The position numbers and the translations under genes are program-made. From the NCBI RefSeq assembly GCF_001194135.2, contig NC_068988.1, forward strand, positions 43,870,150 to 43,903,955: a DNA stretch of 33,806 nt, written 5' to 3'. Source of the DNA: Octopus bimaculoides. Lineage: Eukaryota. The notes beneath the pieces were generated by a model that was given only the letters and a program-made list of their open reading frames with translations, was not told where the DNA came from and searched no databases. Below are positions 1 to 13,009 of the stretch, piece by piece. Position 1 is the first letter of the stretch, and each line of letters starts with the position of its first letter.

Positions 1-180
1 GTTAGTGAGTTTACACCCCTGTAATTTAGCGGTTCGGAAAAAGGGAGGACCAATAGAATAAGTACTAGGCTTACAAAGAATAAGTCTTGGGGTCGATTTG
101 TTCGACTAAAGCCGGTGCTTCAGCGTGGCTGGAACAAGTGAAAGAGTAAAAGAATAAAAGAATAAAGGAATAAAGGAATA
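1..180 (+). mobile_element. SINE family B, 3' half with (GAATAAAA)-like tail
   Basis: AATAAGTACTAGGCTT...GGGGTCGATTTGTTCGACTAAAGCCGGTGCTTCAGCGTGG is homologous to in-window copies at 21608-21805 (-) and 29327-29533 (+); short tandem tail. Confidence 0.8.
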
Positions 181-659
181 CACACAAACACACACACACG
201 TACACATACACACACACACACACGCATACACATACATATATAGTAAGGAATTTATTATGGTTTCTCTGTATGTGCGCGTGTGTGTATGTGTATGCATGTG
301 TTTGAGCGTGTTTCGGCGTGTGCGTGAGTGTGTGTGTGAGTGTATGTGTGTATAAATTATGGTATTTTCAACATCAAAAATGTTTGTATAGTCGATTGAG
401 TGACTGGGCCCATTATTCGGTTTCGAAGCGTATCAGAAATGATGTCGACAGGCTGACGCAACGACAATACTGTTTCTGTTATGCGAAGGCGGTTTTTGTA
501 CAAGAATGTCGGTATAGTTCGGTATAGTTTTCATTACCACTCTAGCGCTCGTCTCATCAGATACAATAGGAGATAAGAATATTATTAGATGTCCCAAAAT
601 AGCAGCCAAAATTAGGTTTCACCAAATTTAGCTATTGACACTGTTTGATTTCCCTTCTG

Positions 660-726
660 TTAGTGTGTTTGTATGTGTATGTGCTTGTGTATATATACAT
701 GCACATATTTATATGTATGTATGTAA

Positions 727-811
<85 letters not shown>

Positions 812-812
812 T
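660..812. repeat. Compound (TA)n/(TG)n microsatellite
   Basis: Directly visible. Confidence 0.95.
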
Positions 813-1101
813 AAACATAAGCATTATCATTTCTAAATCTCTCAACGAGAAACATTCAGTAATAGTACTCTAAAGTAAAGGTTATTTGCCAACATAATGT
901 GGCAGTCGCGGTTGGGACGATTGTTACAGTTATTTAGCCCCAGGAAACATCGTCTCCAATTGGCCATACGACACACTATCTGTGTCCTTATATTTTCGAA
1001 CAGGGGAGTTTAGCATCCCCAATCAGCACAAAGTAATACCTATGGACCACTGTTACTGTGCCGAGCAAGGGAAATAACACAAAAAGCGCGAGCCACAGAT
1101 A

Positions 1102-1142
<41 letters not shown>

Positions 1143-1719
1143 NNNNNNNNNNNNNNNNNNNNNNNNNNNNNNNNNNNNNNNNNNNNNNNNNNNNNNNNNN
1201 NNNNNNNNNNNNNNNNNNNNNNNNNNNNNNNNNNNNNNNNNNNNNNNNNNNNNNNNNNNNNNNNNNNNNNNNNNNNNNNNNNNNNNNNNNNNNNNNNNNN
1301 NNNNNNNNNNNNNNNNNNNNNNNNNNNNNNNNNNNNNNNNNNNNNNNNNNNNNNNNNNNNNNNNNNNNNNNNNNNNNNNNNNNNNNNNNNNNNNNNNNNN
1401 NNNNNNNNNNNNNNNNNNNNNNNNNNNNNNNNNNNNNNNNNNNNNNNNNNNNNNNNNNNNNNNNNNNNNNNNNNNNNNNNNNNNNNNNNNNNNNNNNNNN
1501 NNNNNNNNNNNNNNNNNNNNNNNNNNNNNNNNNNNNNNNNNNNNNNNNNNNNNNNNNNNNNNNNNNNNNNNNNNNNNNNNNNNNNNNNNNNNNNNNNNNN
1601 NNNNNNNNNNNNNNNNNNNNNNNNNNNNNNNNNNNNNNNNNNNNNNNNNNNNNNNNNNNNNNNNAAACGAAGAAAAAAAAAGAAAATGAAAAAAGCAAAT
1701 AAAACGAAGCTATGGCTTA

Positions 1720-1944
1720 ATCAGCCAAAGGAGTAAATGTAAACAACTGAATACTTGTCAGTGATTGGTTGAAATTATCAAAATAAGACAATTTTTTACA
1801 TGAAATAAATTCGAATACAAAAATATTTTTCTGTTCTATAACACAAAATAGATAAGTATACGAAGTTTGAAAGTCTTTCGGTACCAAAAACACTACGTAA
1901 AACATTAATGAAAAATGTGGCCCCCGTTTTAAAAAAAATCCCTG
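1720..1944. mobile_element. Possible DNA-transposon (hAT-like) terminal fragment
   Basis: Ends AATGTGGCCCCCGTTTTAAAAAAAATCCCTG (reverse complement starts CAGGG, like hAT termini). No partner TIR or TSD seen; the upstream gap may hide it. Confidence 0.3.
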
Positions 1945-2393
1945 ATGGATTTTTACACACAGACGCACAGAATGACAGCAATCAAATAACAGAAGGGTGC
2001 ACAACAAACATCAGCGATCTGACTGTCGCCTGTACTTTTGACAAGAGATGCCAGTTACTCTGTTACACTTACCAGGCTCGTTCGTACTAGCCCAAGTTGC
2101 TGGATAATTTTTCGCTCTTTTAAGAATATTGTAGAAAGGAAAATTTTCAAAGGTTGAAATTTATAGAAATTTGTTGTTTCAACAGAACACTGAATTTGAA
2201 TTACTTTCAATTCTTACGGTTATAGATAACTACTCACGCTGTAACTTCTGAGCCCGCGTCAGTCATGTGTGAAAGATGTTGAGAAAACGTCTACTACGAA
2301 TATTTTTTGACATAGGGCAATGAACTGTGACCAGGCTCGATAAAAAGAGCCTGAGTTATTGGCTGTAATTACATACTTGAAATTGGAGGAAAT

Positions 2394-2717
2394 GCGGTTT
2401 CGCACCTCACATTCAAAAATGCATTTTAAAATAAAATTTCTTCGAATTCCTAGGTTTTAGATATGAGATTACGAATATGCAAAGAATTTTTTTTTTAATT
2501 TTAACCCCACCACCTTACTTTACATACCTGCTTTAATGAAATTTCCACACTTCAATATACAATATATTTAAAATGGGGTAGGGGAGGTTGAGAGGGTGGG
2601 GTTAAAATTTGGAAAAATCTTTTTTTGCATATTCGTAATCTCGGACATTTAAAACCTAAGAATCCAAAGAATCCTTTTTTTAAAAAATGCATTTTTGAAG
2701 GTGACGTGCGAAACTGC
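2394..2717. mobile_element. Foldback MITE with about 120-bp imperfect inverted arms
   Basis: Arm 2394-2511 (GCGGTTTCGCACCTCACATTCAAAAATGCATTTT...GAGATTACGAATATGCAAA...TTTTAACCCCACC) is the reverse complement of arm 2595-2717; spacer about 83 bp; no ORF. Confidence 0.8.
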
Positions 2718-2820
2718 TTTAGCCCCGAAATTAAATCAGCTTGCAAATACACGGTCACTTAACTAAATTTAAACTCGGTCTAAGCCCGAACAGCTCGAGT
2801 GCCGGAGTCGACACTGGTCA

Positions 2821-2828
2821 CTGTGTGT

Positions 2829-2873
<45 letters not shown>

Positions 2874-2942
2874 TGTTGTTGTGTGTGTGTGTCTGTTGCT
2901 GTGTGTGTGTGTGTGTGTGTGCATGCGCGCGCCTGTGTGTGT
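2821..2942. repeat. (TG)n microsatellite
   Basis: Directly visible. Confidence 0.95.
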
Positions 2943-3755
2943 CTTTTATATTTAGACGTACATAGACGAAAGATCAGTATTTTCGGAATGACTTCCAATG
3001 AGATAGACATTATCTGAAATCATGATATATAATTTAAAATGAGATTAAAAAAATAAAAAGCAGTGGATCGGTTAAATGCCCTGTACCTTCGCCTTCCAAT
3101 GTAAGAACTTGTGCCAACGTCATTAGTTAATGTTTTATTTATTCTGCTTCATTTCAAGATAGGAAAATACTAAATATAAACACTTACTGGTGCTGATGTT
3201 CAGTTTATTGTTGTTGTCCCCACGGTAATATTATCTCACTATCTTGAAAGGTTGTGGATTGATAGAACGAGTAGAGTAAGCAACAAACGAATATCTTGTG
3301 GGATTTGGGTTTATGTTTTAGTCGCCACCCCAGTGGTAGTCAAATTTGCACTGTTATCTCTCGAGAGTTGGCGAAATAAATACCAGGCACGGACGGTGTC
3401 ATTTGAATAGACTACCCAAAGTGTGTGGCCTTGAGTCAGTGTGAAAAAAGTTACCGTTCCCTCTTATCGTCTCAAAGGGCAGGGAAATGGGAGACACGGT
3501 TAAGCACCGGACTATTTTCTTTTAACTGTTCAGTGTCATTCAGAAAATTCTCCGTTTACGTCCACCGTGGCCTATGGTTTCTTTGGTCCATCGTGGTCTA
3601 TGGTTTATGAAGCACGCTAGATGAAAAATGCTTGTTAATCCCAACTTAACCCGTTATTTGTTGAAGGAAAATGGTATTGAGATTGCCCCGCAGCTGACCC
3701 TTTTGCAGCAAAGCAGATTGAGAGAGGGGAATAATGAAATGGAAAGACAGGGAGA

Positions 3756-3922
<167 letters not shown>

Positions 3923-4379
3923 GATCAACCTCGTATTTTCTGGTACTCTAGTTATTGATTCTGGGTGGATAAATGCAAAATTGGCAGCACAAGATACCAG
4001 AACAATGACCACAAGTGCGTCTGTCAGATGCTACCAATAATTGTTTCAAGATGGACCTAACTGAAGGTCTTATGTTGAAATAAAGAAATCAAGACGTTAA
4101 GTTTGGTACATTTTCTTAATTAGAATATAAACGATATATTCATTCGAATGTCATTCACTTTTTAACAGACTTTTTAAATTAGAGAACTGGCCTCAATGCT
4201 TGCAATAGAGCAGGGTTCACTAAAAGCATTCAATGTACGAGATGGTAGTGTTAAACCGGGTAACTGATTAAATTCATCGCCTAAATATGCTATGGTGGGT
4301 TTTAAATCTAGGACGCACAAAACCAGATGCAATACCACTACCAAGCGTCCAGTCCGGTTTTCTGAATAGGTATTTTGTT

Positions 4380-4510
4380 TTTATTCAACTCGGAAAGGGC
4401 GAAAGTCAAAGCTGACCTTCGTAGGATTTGAACTCAGGAAAAATAGAATCCGAAGAAATACCGCGAAGCATTCGGTCCAAAAGTTTAAAGAGTCTGCCAA
4501 TTCAGCTTCT
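4380..4510 (-). mobile_element. Degenerate SINE family A fragment
   Basis: GGAAAGGGCGAAAGTCAAAGCTGACCTTCGTAGGATTTGAACTCAG...AAATACCGCGAAGCATT matches the reverse complement of the family A head and central domain. Confidence 0.6.
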
Positions 4511-4792
4511 TTATACTTTTTTTGTACTTCAAAACGATTTTTTTCTTGTTTTCTTTTTTATTATTCTTGTTATTCTCGTTGCCGTTAAATCTGCTGTTGC
4601 TGCTTCTGCTGTTGTTGTTTTTGGCAGCATTGTTATGTTATTCATTCTATTATCACTGTTGCTGCAACAGCATCAGCAGCTGTTGTTGAACTGCTGAAAA
4701 TAGACATGGCAGCTACTGACATTGCTGCTATTTTGCTAGGTCGATAGAATATAAAACATTCGATTACAGTTTATATCTATATATTTATTGAA

Positions 4793-4800
4793 GAGAGAGA

Positions 4801-4841
<41 letters not shown>

Positions 4842-4879
4842 GGGAGATAGAAAAGGAGATACATACATACATACATACA

Positions 4880-4910
<31 letters not shown>

Positions 4911-5093
4911 CCTGTTGATGTTGAAATTCCGATGAAGGAGCCTTGGATCTAGGTTAGAAACCGACTCTTTCTCTAATGGCAAGAAATCTTGAAATAAAGC
5001 TGAATAATGACATACATACACACATGTATGTATGCATTTATGTATGTATGTATGTATGTATGTATGTATGTATGTATGTATGTATGTATGTAG
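4793..5093. repeat. (GA)n, (ACAT)n and (TATG)n microsatellite cluster
   Basis: Directly visible; a short unique spacer separates oppositely oriented ACAT and TATG tracts. Confidence 0.9.
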
Positions 5094-5094
5094 T

Positions 5095-5571
5095 AGAAGC
5101 GCAATGGCCCAGTGGTTAGGGCAGCGGACTCGCAGTCGTAGGATCGCGGTTTCGATTCCCAGACNNNNNNNNNNNNNNNNNNNNNNNNNNNNNNNNNNNN
5201 NNNNNNNNNNNNNNNNNNNNNNNNNNNNNNNNNNNNNNNNNNNNNNNNNNNNNNNNNNNNNNNNNNNNNNNNNNNNNNNNNNNNNNNNNNNNNNNNNNNN
5301 NNNNNNNNNNNNNNNNNNNNNNNNNNNNNNNNNNNNNNNNNNNNNNNNNNNNNNNNNNNNNNNNNNTGTTTCTGCTGTACCTGTATTTCAAAGGGCCAGC
5401 TTTGTCACACTCTGTGTCACGCTGAATCTCCCCGAGAACTACATTAAGGATACACGTGTCTGTGGAATGCTCAGTCACTTGCACGTTAATTTCACGAGCA
5501 GGCTGTTCTGTTGATCGGATCAACTGGAACCCTCATCGTCGTAACCGACGGAGTGCCAACCAAAACCAACC
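5095..5571 (+). mobile_element. tRNA-derived SINE family C (gap inside)
   Basis: tRNA-like head GCGCAATGGCCCAGTGGTTAGGGCAGCGGACTC (A box) and GGTTTCGATTCCC (B box); ends GTAACCGACGGAGTGCC(AACCA)n; flanked on both sides by (TATG)n. Confidence 0.8.
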
Positions 5572-5604
<33 letters not shown>

Positions 5605-5614
5605 TGTATGTATA

Positions 5615-5730
5615 GAGGCGCAGGCGTGGCTCTATTGTAAGAAGTTTGCTTCCGAATTACATGGTTCCAGGTCCAGTTCAGCTGCGTGGCAACTTGGACA
5701 CATGTCTTCCGCTATAGTCCCGGGTCAACT
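5615..5730 (+). mobile_element. SINE family B, 5' part
   Basis: GGCGCAGGCGTGGCTCTATTGTAAGAAG...CTGCGTGGCAACTTGGACACATGTCTTCCGCTATAG; homologous to 30190-30360. Confidence 0.7.
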
Positions 5731-5852
5731 TTGGCATTCGTCCTTTAGAAGTCGTTAAAATAAGTATCGCCTAAACACTGGCCTTGTGCCGAACTATCAA
5801 GCAATTATTTCAGTTATTTGAATTCCTTTGGAATCCACTCTATTCTTCTTCT

Positions 5853-6054
5853 TGGCAGAATCGTTAGCATGCCGGGCGAAATGCTTAGCAGTATCTCCTC
5901 CACCTGAACGCTCTGAGTTCAAATTCCACTGAGGTTGACTTTGCCTTTTATCTTTTCGAGATCGATGAAATAAGTACCAGTGAAACACTGAGGTCGATGT
6001 AATCGACTATCCCCACCCCACCAAATTTCAGGTATTGTACCTATAGTTGAAAGG
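5853..6054 (+). mobile_element. SINE family A, tail type 2, followed by (ATT)n
   Basis: Collinear with 14913-15124; B-box GAGTTCAAATTCC; ends TTGTACCTATAGTTGAAAGG then (ATT)n. Confidence 0.85.
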
Positions 6055-7419
<1,365 letters not shown>

Positions 7420-7420
<1 letters not shown>

Positions 7421-8345
7421 TGTTTGCATGCCAGACTTGTTCTCCAACGTTAGTGCAGACATATAGTACAATTAGCAGCAGAACATGAGAATTCCCAGCT
7501 CAGTAGGCCGAGTAGTGGTGCACTGCTGAGGAAGGACACGGACAAAGGATACCTAATCAATACATTCCGGCATATAACTGTGCTAAACTTTAGACAACGA
7601 GCTAGCAAAGAGTTTGGTGGTTTGTCAAGTGCGTGGTCAGGAAAGCACAGACGCGTGCAAATGAAACCAGGCCAATCTACGACCATCTCCACCTCGTGCA
7701 ATTTATTATACAAAGAGTAGGTAGTAAATTTGGCTTCTGTAAGACACTGATCTACCGAATGGACTAATCGAAAACTTTCGATAAGGTTTGGCTGTCCTCA
7801 AAGCAGTTGGTTTCGGTCCTGTTTTCAGAGGCTGGGCCGTTAAATGTACAACGATACCCTCTCGATAGTAAGGGTAAATCACTACCGAGCGGAACCGCTT
7901 CAAATCACGCACTCGGTCCGTAAAAGTGTGTCTTTCTTTCATGTTTTCTGCATGTACTGGCTCTCAAGTCATTACTACAGAAACTAGAGTTGTTGAAAGG
8001 TGTCCTGTCCGAAACGTAACGCAGAAGATCCGTGTCGACATGTGTATGTGATGTCACAGTTATGGCAAACGGAAATCGAGGAGGTTCGCAAAATTCTAAA
8101 AGAATACGAAATTTTGGCAGAAACAAAAAATTAACTTGGACAAGTTAGAAAGCATGCAAGTAGGCATCTTGAGAGGCGTCCGACGGATAATCCTGCTAAG
8201 TTATTTGGAGTCTAGTTTGGTCCGAACCTTCAGGTGAATGGGAACTGAGATGAGGTTATGAGCAAGGTAGCCAGGCTCACCCAGAAACGGGCTGAAAGGA
8301 AACTATTCTTGAAAAGTTGGGTAGAGGTGCTCGACTCTATCTTTC
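7420..8345 (+). pseudogene. Decayed Tx1/L1-clade reverse transcriptase fragment
   Basis: Across frameshifts and stops: MPDLF..RIPSSVGR, ALLRKDTDKGYLINTFRHITVLN, HLHLVQFIIQRVG, D*SKTFDKV, VLKAVGFGPVFRGW, MYNDTLSIVRVN..EPLQITHSVR, VLALKSLLQKLE, SVSTCVCDVTV (decayed YADD), KLFGV*FGPNLQV. RT motifs occur in the correct order. Confidence 0.85.
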
Positions 8346-9207
8346 TTCCTTCCGGAGTAGATAAAATAATTAGCAATCAGGTTATTGATTAAATAGTTTA
8401 ACCTCCAGTGAAAATGAGAGGAGACAAGAAATGTCTGTTATAACATCGCCACACAAAACAGCCATTCCATCTATTACATTCAGCTCTCGTAATTCCGTTA
8501 ATAATTCTTTTTTCTACTTTTACGTAAAATGAAATTAAGTGAAGTGAAGTAAAAGTCATTATTAGAATGAAAAACAAACAAGCACAAACAACATCAACAA
8601 TAATTACAATCACAACGCTAATTGCAACAACAACAACAATAGTGTCCGCTTTTCAAATTTTTTTCTTTTTTTTTTTTTTTTTTTTNNNNNNNNNNNNNNN
8701 NNNNNNNNNNNNNNNNNNNNNNNNNNNNNNNNNNNNNNNNNNNNNNNNNNNNNNNNNNNNNNNNNNNNNNNNNNNNNNNNNNNNNNNNNNNNNNNNNNNN
8801 NNNNNNNNNNNNNNNNNNNNNNNNNNNNNNNNNNNNNNNNNNNNNNNNNNNNNNNNNNNNNNNNNNNNNNNNNNNNNNNNNNNNNNNNNNNNNNNNNNNN
8901 NNNNNNNNNNNNNNNNNNNNNNNNNNNNNNNNNNNNNNNNNNNNNNNNNNNNNNNNNNNNNNNNNNNNNNNNNNNNNNNNNNNNNNNNNNNNNNNNNNNN
9001 NNNNNNNNNNNNNNNNNNNNNNNNNNNNNNNNNNNNNNNNNNNNNNNNNNNNNNNNNNNNNNNNNNNNNNNNNNNNNNNNNNNNNNNNNNNNNNNNNNNN
9101 NNNNNNNNNNNNNNNNNNNNNNNNNNNNNNNNNNNNNNNNNNNNNNNNNNNNNNNNNNNNNNNNNNNNNNNNNNNNNNNNNNNNNNNNNNNNNNNNNNNN
9201 NNNNNNN

Positions 9208-9274
<67 letters not shown>

Positions 9275-9300
9275 GTCTGTCTCTCTATTTATTCATCTGT
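9208..9300. repeat. (CT)n(AT)n microsatellite at gap edge
   Basis: Directly visible. Confidence 0.9.
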
Positions 9301-9454
9301 CTATCTCTCTTTTGATGCCACCTTTCAGAGGGAGGGGAGGCAGGAATGGAGAGTAGCCTGAATCTGGAGACCTAGCCCGAATACTCCGTTAAAGGCCCCT
9401 AAGGTGACAAATGGTGGAGTTGAACAGTCGATGGATTAAGCCTGTCACCCAAGT

Positions 9455-9530
9455 AAACCGCAAATAACTGAAATAAATACCGCAAGGCATCCGGTCCGAT
9501 GTTTTCAGAAGTCTGCTAATTCACCATCTT
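9455..9530 (-). mobile_element. Highly degenerate SINE family A head
   Basis: AAATAAATACCGCAAGGCATCCGGTCCGATGTT...TCTGCTAATTCACC resembles the reverse complement of the family A head. Confidence 0.4.
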
Positions 9531-9712
9531 TGAATGGTACTGTTTTTAATCGACCCCGCATTTTATTTCTGGTTATTCAATGCCAAACTGGATTTTAAAA
9601 ATACCAAACCTTTGCTTCTAAACTAATATAATAACTATCTTTTGGTAAATTGCGGAGTACATAAAATTATAAATTATAGCGTGTAAATATTGGGTTCAAA
9701 TTCCCCTTGGAT

Positions 9713-9800
9713 AGAAAAGGTCAAAGGTTACTCCTACAACATGCAAACATGACAAGCATTCTACCAATTTGACCAAAGCAACATACAATTCTCAGAGGTA
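9713..9800 (+). mobile_element. Mariner transposase remnant (LQHDNARPH region)
   Basis: RKGQRLLLQHAN / HSTNLTKAT across a frameshift resembles mariner RKGVxLQHDNARPHSANLTK. Confidence 0.45.
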
Positions 9801-10019
9801 AGAATAAAGTTTCTAAAATGTGTGCTCATATTCAAAGGGTAGAATTGTCCCAATTGTAAAACGCCTGCTGTGTTTATGGGAGATGAATCGAATCCCGCGG
9901 GAGCTTTCTATCCAAAGGTTTCTGCGCCTTTTTTTAAAACCCAATATTGATATACTATTATCTATCGCTTTATATGCTTCGGGATTCCAAAAATAATATA
10001 TAGATATATATACTCACGT

Positions 10020-10070
10020 ATGTATGAATATATATATGTGTGTATGTATCTCTGTCTATTTTTCTATTTG

Positions 10071-10160
<90 letters not shown>

Positions 10161-10200
10161 GATCTATCTATATATCTGTCGATTTGTCTATCTATCTATT
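10020..10200. repeat. (TATC)n/(TGTC)n microsatellite
   Basis: Directly visible. Confidence 0.95.
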
Positions 10201-10387
10201 GCTGGCTTAGTTTATAGGCATTATAAATAAGATCAACTACCATTGCTGCAGCTTTTGTTGTTTTTATGCTATCTTTTGAAGTCGCTATTAAATAGTATCC
10301 GCTTTAATCATGGCAAGCCAGCCTGGCTTTGAAATCTTTTGTAATTTACCTTCCACCAGGACCCAACTAAATACACACGCGCACACA

Positions 10388-10441
<54 letters not shown>

Positions 10442-10451
10442 NNNNNNNNNN

Positions 10452-10483
<32 letters not shown>

Positions 10484-10637
10484 TCTCTCTCTCTCTCACA
10501 CACACACAAAGACATGCCCACACACACACTCATTTACACCCCAACATACACATCAACACAGACTTATATACGCAGCAAAGGCATATTTGCGTAACGAAGA
10601 ATATCTCTTAACAATTTCGTATCTTCATTTGTCTCAG

Positions 10638-10666
10638 GTTGATCCAAACCGTGTGAACAAACTTTG
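10638..10666 (+). other. Candidate 29-nt internal exon (only open frame VDPNRVNKL[W])
   Basis: Branch-like CTTAAC, pyrimidine tract, TCTCAG|G acceptor and TTG|GTAAGC donor; the other two frames have stops. No host gene recognised. Confidence 0.3.
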
Positions 10667-10772
10667 GTAAGCATCAAGGAGGAGCTTATTCCTGTTCATG
10701 GGGAAGCAGAATACATCTGTCATCACCTATATAACGACACCAACACCAGCACTATATCTGTCATCGTTATAA

Positions 10773-10997
10773 GGCGGCGAGCTGGCAGAAACGTTAGCAC
10801 GCCAGGCGAAATGCTTAGCAGTGTTTCGTCTGCCGTTACGTTCTGAGTTCAAATTCCGCCGAGGTCGACTTTGCCTTTCATCCTTTCGGGGTCGATAAAT
10901 AAAGTACCAGTTACGCACTGGGGTCGATGTAATCGACTTAATCTCTTTGTCTGTCCTTGTTTGTCTCCCCTGTGTGTAGCTCCTTGTGGGCAATAAA
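10773..10997 (+). mobile_element. SINE family A, tail type 1, near full length
   Basis: GGCGGCGAGCTGGCAGAAACGTTAGC head, B-box GAGTTCAAATTCC, central GCCTTTCATCCTTTCGGGGTCGATAAA (Nin/Deu-like domain, recall); nearly identical to 27683-27914. Confidence 0.92.
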
Positions 10998-11887
10998 NNN
11001 NNNNNNNNNNNNNNNNNNNNNNNNNNNNNNNNNNNNNNNNNNNNNNNNNNNNNNNNNNNNNNNNNNNNNNNNNNNNNNNNNNNNNNNNNNNNNNNNNNNN
11101 NNNNNNNNNNNNNNNNNNNNNNNNNNNNNNNNNNNNNNNNNNNNNNNNNNNNNNNNNNNNNNNNNNNNNNNNNNNNNNNNNNNNNNNNNNNNNNNNNNNN
11201 NNNNNNNNNNNNNNNNNNNNNNNNNNNNNNNNNNNNNNNNNNNNNNNNNNNNNNNNNNNNNNNNNNNNNNNNNNNNNNNNNNNNNNNNNNNNNNNNNNNN
11301 NNNNNNNNNNNNNNNNNNNNNNNNNNNNNNNNNNNNNNNNNNNNNNNNNNNNNNNNNNNNNNNNNNNNNNNNNNNNNNNNNNNNNNNNNNNNNNNNNNNN
11401 NNNNNNNNNNNNNNNNNNNNNNNNNNNNNNNNNNNNNNNNNNNNNNNNNNNNNNNNNNNNNNNNNNNNNNNNNNNNNNNNNNNNNNNNNNNNNNNNNNNN
11501 NNNNNNNNNNNNNNNNNNNNNNNNNNNNNNNNNNNNNNNNNNNNNNNNNNNNNNNNNNNNNNNNNNNNNNNNNNNNNNNNNNNNNNNNNNNNNNNNNNNN
11601 NNNNNNNNNNNNNNNNNNNNNNNNNNNNNNNNNNNNNNNNNNNNNNNNNNNNNNNNNNNNNNNNNNNNNNNNNNNNNNNNNNNNNNNNNNNNNNNNNNNN
11701 NNNNNNNNNNNNNNNNNNNNNNNNNNNNNNNNNNNNNNNNNNNNNNNNNNNNNNNNNNNNNNNNNNNNNNNNNNNNNNNNNNNNNNNNNNNNNNNNNNNN
11801 NNNNNNNNNNNNNNNNNNNNNNNNNNNNNNNNNNNNNNNNNNNNNNNNNNNNNNNNNNNNNNNNNNNNNNNNNNNNNNNNNNNNNNN

Positions 11888-12070
11888 GGTGGTGACGGCG
11901 GCAACGGTGGCGGCGGCGGTGGTGACGGCGGCGGCAGCGGTGGTGACGGCGGCGGCGGTGATGGTGGTAGTGGTGGTGATGGCGGCGGTGTTGTTATTGT
12001 GGGTGTTGTTCCCGTTGTTGTTGCTGTTATCGTTATCATTGTTGTTGTTGGTGGTGCTGTTGTTGTTGAA
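11888..12070. repeat. Degenerate (GGY)/(TGT) triplet repeat
   Basis: GGTGGTGACGGCGGC units grading into GTT repeats. Confidence 0.9.
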
Positions 12071-12429
12071 CCTCATATCATATCCCTATGATCAAACACA
12101 CTTCCGTAGAGGCCATTCAATCTTATTTATTACTATTATTATTATATCTATATACAGTACATATATTGTACATCAAGGACTACATTATCCAATGTCACCT
12201 TTCTTTCTTAAAGTGGTAACGTACAATTTTAGGTAGATTAGGCTGTTATTACTAGGAGGTTAAGTGACAACACAGAAGCCTTTTCTTTCGCTCTAGGCGT
12301 AAAATGCATTTTAGTGGTAATATGGCATTTTGCTTAAAGCGAGAATTTTTCTTAGTTGTAAATCTCAGTTAAAAATACTGTTTCTGAATGTCACATATAA
12401 TCCAAAAATATTTGAACTGAGCTAACCAC

Positions 12430-12473
<44 letters not shown>

Positions 12474-12474
12474 T

Positions 12475-12630
12475 ATAAGAATTGACCTCAGTACAGGCTT
12501 GATACTTTAAATATCGATCACGAAATGATGATAGGCAAAGTTGATCGTGTAATTTGAACCCAAAGCGCAAAGAATCGAAACGATATCGCAAAACGATCTA
12601 TCCGACGTTCTAATGACTCTATACCTCGCC
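12475..12630 (-). mobile_element. Degenerate SINE family A
   Basis: GACCTCAGTAC...AATATCGATCACGAAATGATGATAGGCAAAGTTGA...AATTTGAACCC...CTCGCC is collinear with the reverse complement of family A. Confidence 0.55.
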
Positions 12631-13009
12631 CACTCTAAATACGCGCGCGCGCACACTCATACACGTGCATGGACAATTTTATGTAGTTTGTACATTAACA
12701 AAAGTAGCTGTTGAAGCTCATTAATCAGAGGAATTTTAAAGTAATTTAAAAGGGAATAATATAACTTGAGATATTTCTAGGTGAAATTGCAGCAAATGAA
12801 ATTAAACATAAAAATAAGGGTAACTCACAGAAGTACTAATCAACTTGGAGTAATTAGCTCATAGTCGATTAATTAAGTCCACAAATTACAGGTTTAAAGT
12901 TAAATGCTAAGATTTAAGTTGTATCTCTCGCTGTACAGTGATGTGTAAAATATAAGCGCAACGTTGCCAAAATGTGCGATAATCAACTTCATTTTCTGCA
13001 GTAATGAAA

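Noticed and set aside
515-565. Minus-strand CUGAUGA...GAAA hammerhead-like boxes
   Set aside because: Stem II and stem I do not pair convincingly.
5095-5164. tRNA-like sequence (also heads at 10773, 14913, 27683, 30190, 31817)
   Set aside because: SINE heads with A/B boxes; no complete cloverleaf, and each continues into SINE body.
8060-8134. Apparent terminal exon LWQTEIEEVRKILKEYEILAETKN*
   Set aside because: Part of the decayed Tx1 RT.
9713-9797. Apparent exon ending GAG|GTAAGA
   Set aside because: No productive frame when joined to 10638; better explained as a mariner remnant.
11888-12076. Pro-rich / Ala-Thr-rich ORFs
   Set aside because: Degenerate triplet repeat next to a gap.
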